From assembly GCF_902713615.1 (NCBI RefSeq), contig NC_052160.1, positions 137,434,737-137,498,736 of the forward strand: DNA of 64,000 nt. Reading direction: 5' to 3'. Numbering within the stretch: position 1 is the first letter of the stretch; the number at the start of each line of letters is the position of its first letter. The stretch is from Scyliorhinus canicula. Its lineage: Eukaryota. The position numbers and the translations under genes were made by a program. This document shows, piece by piece, positions 10,401 through 20,101 of this stretch. Below the pieces are notes generated by a model that saw only the letters and a program-made list of their open reading frames with translations, was not told the origin of the DNA and did no database searches.

Positions 10401-13400
10401 TGAGGACTGATAGCACTAATGGTGGTAAAACGTAAGGTTAGAGCAGAATGTGCTCAGAGGGGAACTTCTCATGGAAAGTGGGCAGGATAATAAAATATCC
10501 TGGGGCTGGTTTAGCACTGGGCTAAATAGCTGGCTTTTAAAGCAGAACAAGGCAGGCCAGCAGCACGGTTCAATTCCCATATTAGCCTCCCCGAACAGGC
10601 GCCGGAATGTGGCGACTAGGGGCTTTTCACAGTAACTTCATTTGAAGCCGACTTGTGACAAAAAGCGATTTTCATTTTATTTTCATTAAAAATATCCCCA
10701 AAACCTGTACACATGTTTCAGACTTTAGAAACCAACATGCCAATTCTAGCCAGGTGTGAAACGGAGTGTCATAATATACACCAATATATCATGGTGCAGA
10801 CACACACACTGATGGGCATACAGTAGGACCAATTAACATGCGTAACACCGCAGCCAATCACCAGTTAGAGCACACTCACTATAAAGTCAGAGGGCATCAG
10901 TTTTCCCGCTCATTCGGGATGCAGCCTCTCAGAAGTACAGAGCTCACAGCTTACAGCACAGATCCTCACCATATGCTGAGTGATTAGACTGGTTAGAATA
11001 GGCACAGGTCTTTAGTTAATCTAGCATCGTGTTAACCCACAGTAAGAGTATGTTCAACAGTTTATAGTTTAATAAAATAGTGTTGTACTATTTTAAGTGT
11101 TGGTGGCCTGTATGTGTTCCACGGATCCAGAGCACCCAACACATCACGGAGGGCGCAATTTAGCGGCCTCGTCACGTACGACTTGATGTTGGGACCAGGC
11201 CGCTGAATCTCGCGGGAGGTCTCTCGTGAGATTTAACGGAGTCTCGTGGGACGTTGCAACCTGGATCTCTCCCTCACTGGACGTGACGCAGGTCAGCGTA
11301 TTTAAACGAGCTATTAGTCACAATTAAATATCCGTTTGCAGGATTCTCCCGGATTCTCCCTGTGCCCTGGACCTCACGGACGTGCCTGAGAGACCTCACC
11401 AAGATGCCATTTAGTGCTGGTTTCTACAAACGTGGACCAGTCATAATGGCACCTGGGGTGGGGGGGTGGAGTGTCTCCCAGGCCATAGGAGACCCCCAAG
11501 TGGTTGGGGGCATGGAGGGTGGCGCCCTGGCACTTCCTCTGGCACCCTGGCACCTTGGCACTGCCATCCTGGACGTTGGCAGTGTCACCAGGGCTCCAGC
11601 CACCAAGAAACACCCAGCCAAACTCGTCCAAAACCGGACATAGATGTTTCTGGTTAAATCGCGCCGGGAGCGTTTAACTGTAATACCTGGTTTAGGAAAA
11701 ATGTCATGGAGTAAAGAACAAAGGGAGAAATTAGGATCATTTAATGGATGCAAATCATTATTATAATGTGGAATGCCCAAATGGAATAAGTTGAGAAACA
11801 AATTCAATAATAGCTTATCAAAGGGAAGGAAGCAAATGAATGAGTGTTTGCGGAGAGGACAATGAAAAGCAATTAACCGGGAGCTTTTTCAGTGAACCAA
11901 CATACGAGAGATGGGCCGAATCTCCTCCTTCTGTGCTATAGCATCCTATCATTACAGACAAAATTGCAAATTACCTTGTGCTGAAAATTGAATTCTCCAG
12001 GCCCCATAAAACGATGCCCCTGGTTTTGAAAGAGGGAAGACTTTAGTCAATTTGAATGTGGCAGTTCCATTTTCAGCAGCGGGGGAGAAACACGTGACCT
12101 GATGGTTGCATTGAGAAATACCAAAATGGGCAGAAAACTCAGAGGATAGCATTTCCTCTTGGAGGTTGTGAAAGCTGCCAAATCATAGATTATCATAGAA
12201 TTTACAGTGCAGAAGGAGGCCATTCGGCCCATCGAGTCTGCACCGGCTCTTGGAAAGAGCATCCTACCCAAGGTCAACACCTCCACCCCTATCCCCATAA
12301 CCCAGTAACCCCACCCAACACTAAGGGCAATTTTGGACACTAAGGGCAATTTATCATGGCCAATCCACCTAACCTGCACATCTTTGGAGTGTGGGAGGAA
12401 ACCGGAGCACCCGGAGGAAACCCACGCACACACGGGGAGGACGTGCAGACTCCGCACAGACAGTGACCCAAGCCGGGAATCGAACCTGGGACCGTGGAGC
12501 TGTGGAGCAAATCAACACAATTTATTTCACACATTATGAAGCAAGTAATTTATTGAAGTACTCTCAACCAATTGTCTTTAGTGCACACTGGAGGGTTTGG
12601 GGGTGGGGGTTGGGGGGGGGGGGGGGAGAGCGAGTGTCCCCCAACAGGAACATGGACCATTAGAATTAAATGGTCAGAACATTGCTGGTAGGTTTGAGGA
12701 ATTCATGGCCAGTGGCTAAAGATTCCCAACATTGCTGCAAGCTTAGGGAACTGAACCCAAGTGGCAGGAAATGACCGTTGCCAATATTTAGAAGCGGCAG
12801 TTCAATGCCTCCATGTGAAATTGATGACAAAAAGAGGGATATCTGGATTGTGGTCCACAATCTGAGCCCTGTAACTAGCGCAACAGTAGCTGTGGACCAC
12901 CAACTCTCAGATATAGGAAAGAAATCACCAATGGCCCACTGCCAGCGATCAGCAGCTTCTCAGTTGTTACCAGAGAGGGGGAAATTGCACAGAGATCAAT
13001 GATACCAACCAGGCTTTTCCTCAAGCACTGATGTTCCATTTCACAATGATGCTCTCTCAGTTGACCACAAGTGAAAATGAGGTGAAGCTGAATGTTATTC
13101 CCTTGTTTCAACAGGACCTGAATACTCTTGTGAAGTTTCGACAACAAAATCGCCAACATCGACACATTCCACGAGCAGAAGTTCCACGAGCAAACAAAGT
13201 GAATCTTCAGACTCCGAAAACGATGGAAGGTACGATGTTCTCATTAATGCCGTTATGAATGACACTGCTTCTATGTGAGGGGTCAAATGTCCTTTAACCA
13301 TTGGGACCATAGCAGAAAATGTTGTTCATTACTTCGGAAAGTAGCTCGCCAGAATGGAAATGGTGGCTGGGTTGACATTGTGCTGTTGGGTTCGTTTTCT

Positions 13401-16400
13401 GATGAAGGTGACATTTTTTGTTGTTGGAAAATACAAAGGGAAAATTCTCCTCTCTGGCACTAAAAACCATGGCGGAGGTGGGGAGCAGAGCTTATCCCAG
13501 TGCAGAGGGCAGTGGGAAACCAAGATGTACCTTACCTTCCCAGTGTGATTAATTATGCATCCAGGTGTTTTGCACCATCTTCCTTGGCAAGATGGGCTTG
13601 AGGGCATGTGTCCCACCATCATGCCCGGGTGTCATATTGAAAATACGGCCAACATCACTAACTTACCGCTGGATCAAGATGGTTGACCTCCTGAGGAAAG
13701 AAGGTGGACCTCCAGGGACACCCTGAGGCCTGAAGCTGGACGATTCGCCTGACAGATATTTTCCCCACGCTGTGCTGCAGTGTTCCAGACTCCAGGGTCA
13801 CTCACAGATTCCATGCCCACCTCTGAAGGCAGCCCCAGGCCTTACTCATTTCTGCTTCTGCCCCCCACGTTGGGCCAGGTGTCTTCTGGGCCAGCGTGTT
13901 TTCCCGCTGGCGTTACGAAGGATCGGGCTGGGAGGGGGAACATTCCGGTCAGGCTTTCATTTGCGGGATGCAATTCGCTTTCATCCCAGCCTCCAGCTAG
14001 ATTCCTGGGGGGGGGGGGGGGGGGCGGTCAGAGAATCCCTGGGGGGGGGGGGGCGTGAATCCCACACCGCCGCTCCGACGCCGGCTGCCCCTGGGTTTCG
14101 GGTGGGGGCGGGGATCACGCCACGCCGGTCGGGGGCCGTTGGCCCGACCCCAGAGGGGACCCCCCCCCACCGGTGGCCTGGCCCGCGATTGGGGCCCACC
14201 GATCTGCAGGTGGGCCTGTGTCGTGGAGGCACTCCCTCCTTCCGCGCCAGCCCCTGTAGGGCTCGGCCATGGCCAGTACGGAGAAGGCACCCCCCCCCTG
14301 CACATGCGCCAGAATACACCGGCCGGTCTGCACAAGTGCTGAACCACGCCGGTGGTTCTGCGCGTACGCTAACTTGTGCATTCCCTCCGGCGCCGACCTA
14401 GCCCCCGGAAGTGCGGAGAATTCTGCAGCTTCCGGTCAGCCCGACGCGGGAGTGGTTCACGCCGTTTTTTACGCCGACGTCGGGCCAACCCGCCGATTCG
14501 GGAGAATCCCGTCTCTGATCTGTCATGATGGCCGCGATCGGAGGATCCCGCTGGAAATTCACTCTGGAGTTAAAACAATTTTTATTCCTCCGACTGAATT
14601 CTCCTTCCCCGCAACCCCCCCCCATCCCAAACCTGCCATTGATTCTGCCAAGATTTTCGAATATTTTGTTTTAAAATAAATTGTTTGTTTGTTTATTTAA
14701 TTGTTGTTTGTGGAAACATGCTATTTCCAGATTCAAAGCCACGTCTGTCGCATTATGGACGTGGTTTTCCCACCCGCGTTGCACCGGGAGCATCGTAGGA
14801 AAGGTCCCTGGGTGGTCATGGACAGGGCAGGGCACTGCCAGGGTGCCTGTTGACACTGCCAAGGGGCGGGGACTGAGGGGTCCAGCCATGAAAGGGTGGG
14901 GTGAAGAGCGGGGGGGTGAAGGGAGGGGCCAGAAGGGAGGGGCCTTAAGGGTGGTGCCTTCAGCAACTCCATAGTGGCATATGCTCACTGGGGGGTGGGG
15001 GGGGGGGGGTGATCCGATGCCCACAACTATGGATTGGTGTGGGGCATGGTCAGCCTCATGCCTGGGTGGTAGGAGGGGGGGCTCACATTAATTTTATTGA
15101 TGGGGGGAGGTTGGCCCTCAGGGGTCAAGCGTTGGAGTGTTGCCCATGTCTGCGGGAGGGGGGTGTATTGTCTGTGGGTGGGAGGTGTGAGGGACCCTCA
15201 AGCCCACTTTCAGATTGGGCACCTTTTTAAACCTTTCAAAATGGCGTTGTGATCTCTGAGGAGCTGGCCTTGTTGGTGAGATTAGTTCCCCACTGCAGAA
15301 AACATTTCGAAGTGTGCGGTTATCCGGTGAGAAACTCTCCAAGCCCCAAACGTGCGGCATGGCAGCACAGTGGTTAGCACTGTTGCTTCACCGCCTCAGG
15401 GTCACAGGTTCAATCCTGGCTTGGGCCACCGCCTGTGCAGAGTCTGCACATTCTCCCCGGTGTCTGTGTGGGTTTCCTCCGGTTTCCTCCCACAAGTCCC
15501 GAAAGATGTGCTGTTAGGTAATTTGGACATTCTGAATTCTCCCTCTGTGTACCCGAACGGACGCCGGAATGTAGCGACTAGGGGCTTTTCACAGTAACTT
15601 CATTTCAGTGTGAATGTAAGCCTACTTGTGACAATAAAGATTATTAAAAAGAAATGACTTAAGTGTGGATGAATACAAGTCTGGGGGCGGATTCTCCATC
15701 CCAACAGCTCCGTATTCTGGTCGGCTCGCCCCCCACCGGCAGCGGGATTCGCCGTTCCCGCAGCCAGCCAATGGGGTTCCCCATTGTGGCCACCCCACCC
15801 GTCGGGAAACCCGCGGATATGGGTGTGCTGCCGATGAAGCGGAGGGTCCCGCTGTGGAACTTACTTAATAACTGATGGAACCATCAATTCTACGGACACG
15901 TGCTTGTAGGATTAGAATAGCGGTTTTAATATACTTACAACAGATCCAGCCTGTTAGCCGTTGAACTTTCGGTGAACTGGCTGGCTGACTCTGTGGCACG
16001 GATCTTTATACAGCAGCTCCAGGGGGAGGAGTTCTGGGCGGAGCCAAGGGGGGAGCCCAGTACAAACTCTCGAGTACTCCCAGAGCTACTCCCCCTGGTG
16101 GTCAAGTAGTGCAACTGCACTTACAATATTGATACATATATATACTTGGAACAGAGTGACATTGGTAACTTATAATACCGTGTGAATCTCATTAACCACA
16201 ATAACCAATTCGCCGTAGTGATTTTTTGGATGGATTGTGCCCGACAACAGGTATCAAAAGGATTCAATTGTCTGTAAAGAGCTTTGGGATGGTCCTAAGT
16301 TCATGAAAACCACTTTATAAATGTCTCATCTCTGGACACCCCCTTCATCTTCCTTTAATTATTTCTTTAATCTAATGGGCAAGGATCAATTGTGCACCCA

Positions 16401-19400
16401 CACTGACCCTTTCCTGTTCTCTGTATCACAGCCTGATTTACATTGTGCTCGGTGTGCTGGGCGCCATTCTCATCGTGTTTGTTGTTTCTCTACTTTTGTA
16501 CCTGAGGCAAATCAACAAGGGTGAGTTTCTATTTCTCTTCAGTCATTTCTTTACGTGTCAGCAATTTGTCACAGAATATAATGAATACATAGTTTGTCGG
16601 ATGAATCAACAATCACCTAAGATTGTAGCATCTTAATTCTAGCCTATACAAATTCAAGGTGGAAGAATAATTGAGTTGGATATTGACGAACAAAATGTTT
16701 TTGAAGCAATTACTTCGAAATCAATGTGATGACATTTGGATGTGTTCTCCACAGACGATCTGTTCTATCAGACGGTGAGGGTGAACCCATTTGTCATGAA
16801 TATAATGTATAATAATCTGACCAATTGTTGATTCCATGCTGAGAATCATGGGTGTGATGCAGATGAGTGTATCTACTTCAATATAGGTCAATGGAAGACA
16901 TTTGAAACATTTGAAACTCATGCTCAATTTAGAGACTTTAAACATATTGATCATCCCTGTCGCAGCTCTTTAAACAGCTAAATTGGTTCCAATTTAGGTT
17001 CCAATGGCATCCTGTGTTATCGAAGAGACAAGGCTCTTCATGATGATCAGGTAAGGATAATAAAGTTGAAGATGGACAATGTTTGGAAATTTGAAAAACT
17101 GGGTGACGCAGAATTTATTGAGAATTTACGGCAGGAACGAGCCATTCGGCCCAACTGCTCCATGCAGCCTCCTCCCACCCCTCTTCATATCACCTTATCT
17201 GCATATCCTCCTGCCCCTTTCTCCCTCATGTGATTCCCTGGCTGTCCCTGAAATACAGTAATACTATTTGACCTAATGGGTGGTACGGTAGCACAGTGGG
17301 TAGCATTGCTGCTTCACAGTGTCAAGGTCCTGGGTTCGATTCTCGGCTTGGGTCACTGTCTGCACGTTTGCCCCGTGTCTGCATGGGTTTCCTCTGGGTG
17401 CTCCGGTTTCCCCCCACAAGTCCCAAAGAAATGTTTGTTAGATGAATTGGACATCCTGAATTCTCCCTTTGCGTACCCAAACAGGCGCCTAGGGGATTTT
17501 CACAGTAACATCATTGCCGTGTTAATGTAAGCCTACTTGTGACAATAATAAAGATTATTATTATAATTCCCCCACAGGGAAGGAATAAGGAACTCAGGAG
17601 AAACACCTTCACCCAGAGAGTGTCAGAATACCAAATTCATTGCCATAAAAGATCAGCTGAAGTAAATGTCATAAATACGTTCATGGGATATATTCAAGCT
17701 GGATAAGCAGTTGAGAGGGAAAGGAATAGAAAGATATGTGGAAGAGGTTGGACGAAGAGGGGTAGGATTAGCTGATGACCTCAAAGCTGGGTGGGAGGGT
17801 GAGCTGTGAGGAGGATATGGAGATGCTTCAGTGTGATCTGGACAGGTTGAGTGAGTGGGCAAATGCATGGCAGTTGCTGTGTTAAGTGGATAAATGTGAG
17901 GTTATCCACTTTGGTACCAAAAACAGGAAGGCAGACTGTTATCTGAATGGCTATAGATTGATAGGGGGAATTTGCAACAAGACCAGAGTGCACTTGTCCA
18001 CCAGTCACTGAAGGTAAGCATGCAGGAGCAGCAGGCAGTGACAAAGTCAAATGGTATGTTGGCCTTCATAATGAGAGGATTTGCATACAGGAGCAAGATG
18101 TGTTTTTGCAATTATACAGGGCCTTGGTGAGGCCACACCTGGAGTATTGTGGGCAGTTTTGGTCTCCTTATCTGAGGAAGGATGTTCTTGCTGTAGAGGG
18201 AGTGCAGTGAAGATTTACCAGACTGATTCCTGGTTTGGCGGGACTGATGTATGAGGAGGGATTGAGTCACTTAGGATTATATTCGCTGGATTTTAGAAGA
18301 ATGAGGGGGGTCTCATAGAAACCTATAAAATTCTAACAGGACTGGACGGGTAGATACAGGAAGCTTGTTCCCGATGGTGGGGGATTCCAGAACCAGAGGT
18401 CACAGTCTGAAGATACGGGGTAAACCATTTAACACCAAAATGGAAACATTTCTTTACTCAGAGAGTGGTCAGCTTGTGGCATTCACTACCACAGAAAGCA
18501 GGTGAGGCCAAAACATTGTGACTGGATTCTTCGTTTGGGAAACTATGTTCTCCCAGCACCACATATCACTTCACGCCGCAAATCAGCCCTCAACCCCCTC
18601 CCGTCCCACCATATGGCAACCCGCACCCCCAAGTGCGGGGGTGACAAGACCCTCCCACCAAGCACCCCTGTAATAAGTGGACTCCCCATGGACCCCTGTA
18701 AAAGGCAGATCCCCCACAGGGATCCCTGTTATAGGAGAATCCATCACAGGGACCCCTGTAATAGGGAGACCCCCTACAGGGATCCCTGTAATAGGGGGAC
18801 CCTTAGGAACCACTGTAATAGGGAGACTCCCCACAGGGACCCCTGTAATAGGAGAGTCCATCACAGGGACCCCTGTAATAGGCAGACCCCCCCCCCCTCT
18901 GTCCACAGGGATCCCTACGATAGGAGGGCCTGCACAGGAACCCCTGTAATAGGCAGACCCCCCCCCTCTCCACAGGGATATCTACGACAGGAGGACCTGC
19001 ACAGGGACGCCTGTAATAGGAGAGTCCATCACAGGGACCCCTGTAATAGGCAGACCCCCCCCCCTCTCCACAGGGATATCTACGACAGGAGGACCTGCAC
19101 AGGGACCCCTGTAATAGGAGAGTCCATCACAGGGACCCCTGTAATAGGCAGACCCCCCCCCCCTCCACAGGGATCCCTACGATAGGAGGACCTGCACAGG
19201 GACCCCTGTAATTGAAGAACCCCCTGTCTAATGGAACCCCCTCCACAGATGCCTGCACACAAAGAACAACCCCCGCCTCACACAGACTGCCCCAAGAAAG
19301 GGATCCCAGCCTGGCATCTAAACAGCAGCCCAGCCAGGGACAGCGGGAAGCATTATAGCTGAGATAGTTATCTTGCAGCTCAGGTGTCCATTCCTCAAAG

Positions 19401-20101
19401 GAGGGCAGCTGTGCCTCAATCTGTTTCCCACAGATCCACTATCTGCAAGCCATTCATATCTTTCCAGTACTGGTCTGCGGTTGGCAGGTCTTTAAAAACT
19501 ATCTAAAAACCATCTCCAGCTTTGATCCATTCTTATCCCTTTACACTTCAGTGGCCTAAGTGGTGAATCCCCAATGTTTGTAAAGATTGACCTCATCAAA
19601 GAGAGCGAAGTGCAGTGAAATCACAGGCTTAAGTGATTGGAATGCACTTAGTGCACTTACCTCTCTTTGATGTAAATAATTTGAAATATTTTGCTATACT
19701 TTATGAACTGATTTATAAGGATCGATAAATAGCTTTCTCCTCATAACAGCACAAAGCACCATTCATGCTGTTCAAAAATAAATGCAACCTTCTTGTTATT
19801 TTAGCAATTGGCAGCGGAGGAAGAGAACATTGTGTATGCAAATATAAACCACATTGACAGGAACTCAGCGAGAACACACAGAGAAAGATCTGTCCAGCTG
19901 ACTAATGATGAAATCACATATGCAGCAGTGCAGTTTCAGAAGAAATCGTCCAGAAGGAGCAATGAAATGTCCAGACATTCAGCTTACAACATGGACGGTG
20001 CTATCTACAGTAACATCACCATACAGAGCCAACCACCAAAGGAAAATCCAAAAACTCCACATGAATCCGAAATGTCAACTTACGCTAGTGTTATTTATTA
20101 G
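4181..20101 (+). CDS. Gene 1 (5'-partial, spliced): inhibitory CD300/pIgR-like V + FCRL-like C2 immune receptor (MDIR-like); exons 4181-4492, 9769-10092, 13115-13229, 16432-16520, 16998-17050, 19805-20101
   Basis: Six exons with GT-AG boundaries and compatible phases (1,1,2,1,0) join into one stop-free frame ending TAG 20099-20101. Every exon has a same-length counterpart in gene 2. No leader exon was found in 1-4180. Confidence 0.9.
5563..6159. mobile_element. Harbinger-type MITE
   Basis: TIRs gggcgcgattctccgca / tgcggagaattgcgccc; 3-bp TSD TTT. Confidence 0.8.
6395..8560 (+). mobile_element. Degenerate PIF/Harbinger transposon with Myb/SANT-like gene and DDE transposase remnants
   Basis: 6633 ATG: MAAQRAAPWLADAELVAILDAVEERR..W.QVA (Myb-like); ~7060 EKVVHIRREREQTEG..LTAAEQRAL; 8209 onward FTNHKGFHSFNV*IVSN..QFPGSIHD..GWLLGDNVYPL (Harbinger/HARBI1-type transposase motifs). 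Right boundary uncertain. Confidence 0.8.
7540..8190 (-). mobile_element. Penelope-like element 3' part (GIY-YIG endonuclease) nested in the Harbinger element
   Basis: ORF 7535..8206: C..C..CKTC ... CRKGCPEAWYIGETMQTLRQRMNGH..EQKLI..F.T...GLN. Confidence 0.88.
8591..8700 (+). mobile_element. PLE-derived short repeat with decayed hammerhead motif
   Basis: GAGCT-TTGACAA-AGAGTC-atcca-GACTC-GAAACATT-AGCTC, followed by a gctggcagacctg tail. More decayed relatives at ~51900-51960 (-) and ~52320-52400 (+). Confidence 0.55.
9769..10092 (+). CDS. Gene 1 Ig C2-type exon (FCRL-like)
   Basis: cccacag|AA TCC GTC ... AGC AGT G|gtaagt. ESVSVPVL..VSCESARGSLPIQYTW..YYCTASN..SQMVNVTV resembles the FCRL pattern VSRPVL..LHCE..RGSPPILY..YSCEANN..SE.V.L. 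Confidence 0.92.
10500..10685 (+). mobile_element. tRNA-derived SINE type B (ggggctggtttagcac head, cttgtgacaataagcgattttcatttc tail). Other approximate copies: 3900-4070(-), 27145-27320(-), 37520-37685(-), 43500-43672(-), 44670-44845(-), 51520-51685(-), 59645-59825(+), 63095-63280(-)
   Basis: Near-identical ~180-bp copies with a B box (ggttc.attccc) and (atttc)n tails. Confidence 0.85.
10767..11146 (+). mobile_element. Solo LTR, family A (5-bp TSD, Gypsy/BEL-like)
   Basis: TG...CA ends; TSD CGGAG on both sides; CCAAT boxes, TATAAA 10880, AATAAA 11071. Confidence 0.88.
12185..12510 (-). mobile_element. tRNA-derived SINE, HE1/V-SINE-like (type A). Other approximate copies: 4855-5068(-), 15355-15650(+), 17278-17565(+), 21080-21350(-), 25240-25590(-), 26610-26975(+), 34585-34800(+), 36310-36650(+), 37705-38010(+), 39395-39640(+), 43080-43425(-), 43980-44185(-), 53425-53690(-), 57421-57790(+), 59135-59375(+)
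   Basis: A/B-box head (tagcacagtggttagc..ggttcgattccc), conserved core gggtttcctccgggtgctccggtttcctcccaca, LINE-like 3' tails. Confidence 0.85.
13115..13229 (+). CDS. Gene 1 stalk exon (Cys + Ser/Thr-rich mucin-like)
   Basis: ttcaacag|GA CCT GAA TAC TCT TGT ... GAT GGA AG|gtacga encodes GPEYSCEVSTTKSPTSTHSTSRSSTSKQSESSDSENDG. Its phase 1->2 is what is needed to join C2 to TM. Not an ORF in the supplied track. Confidence 0.88.
14051..14513. mobile_element. Harbinger-type MITE (GC-rich)
   Basis: TIR-like ends gggcgtgaatccc / gggagaatcccgtc; internal blocks shared with the other MITEs. Confidence 0.65.
15873..16200 (-). mobile_element. Solo LTR, family B
   Basis: TG...CA; TSD ATAAC on both sides; GC box gggcggag; TATAAA on minus. 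Confidence 0.8.
16432..16520 (+). CDS. Gene 1 transmembrane exon (no charged residue)
   Basis: tatcacag|C CTG ATT TAC ... AAC AAG G|gtgagt encodes LIYIVLGVLGAILIVFVVSLLLYLRQINK. Confidence 0.92.
16998..17050 (+). CDS. Gene 1 short cytoplasmic exon
   Basis: atttag|GT TCC AAT ... GAT CAG|gtaagg encodes GSNGILCYRRDKALHDDQ. 53 nt, phase 1->0, conserved at 59475-59527. Confidence 0.85.
17800..18510 (+). mobile_element. CR1 LINE 3' fragment (degenerate)
   Basis: Nucleotide blocks gagtgggcaaatgcatggcag, tgtgaggttatccactttgg and gtgaggccacacctggagtattgt parallel the CR1 at 50336-51375. Confidence 0.8.
18663..19230. repeat. GC-rich minisatellite (~30-bp units, ~98-bp higher-order repeat)
   Basis: Repeated core cacagggacccctgtaatagg; higher-order starts at 18970, 19068 and 19165. 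Confidence 0.9.
19805..20101 (+). CDS. Gene 1 terminal cytoplasmic exon with four ITIM/ITIM-like motifs
   Basis: ttttag|CAA TTG GCA; motifs IVYANI, ITYAAV, AIYSNI, STYASV; stop TAG. Confidence 0.92.
   Translation, partial: QLAAEEENIVYANINHIDRNSARTHRERSVQLTNDEITYAAVQFQKKSSRRSNEMSRHSAYNMDGAIYSNITIQSQPPKENPKTPHESEMSTYASVIY

Noticed and set aside
10500-10590. tRNA genes in SINE heads (cloverleaf-like, TTTGAAA loop in some copies)
   Set aside because: Always attached to SINE bodies and tails, with variable stems and loop among copies; these are SINE heads, not tRNA genes.
16432-16520. An activating member of a paired-receptor set in this window
   Set aside because: Neither TM has Lys/Arg/Asp and both genes have long ITIM tails.
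16832-16886. Conserved intronic stretch translatable as HGCDADECIY(F/I)N(I/V), a possible extra tyrosine-motif exon (gene 2 ~59066-59120)
   Set aside because: An in-frame TGA lies immediately upstream in both genes, there is no acceptor AG or pyrimidine tract, and the donor (gtcaat) is weak. A vestigial exon cannot be fully excluded.
18502-19185. 227-aa repetitive ORF, or a CRISPR-like repeat array
   Set aside because: Eukaryotic intron; the 'spacers' are themselves repeated variants, there are no cas genes, and the open frames follow from 30-nt units.
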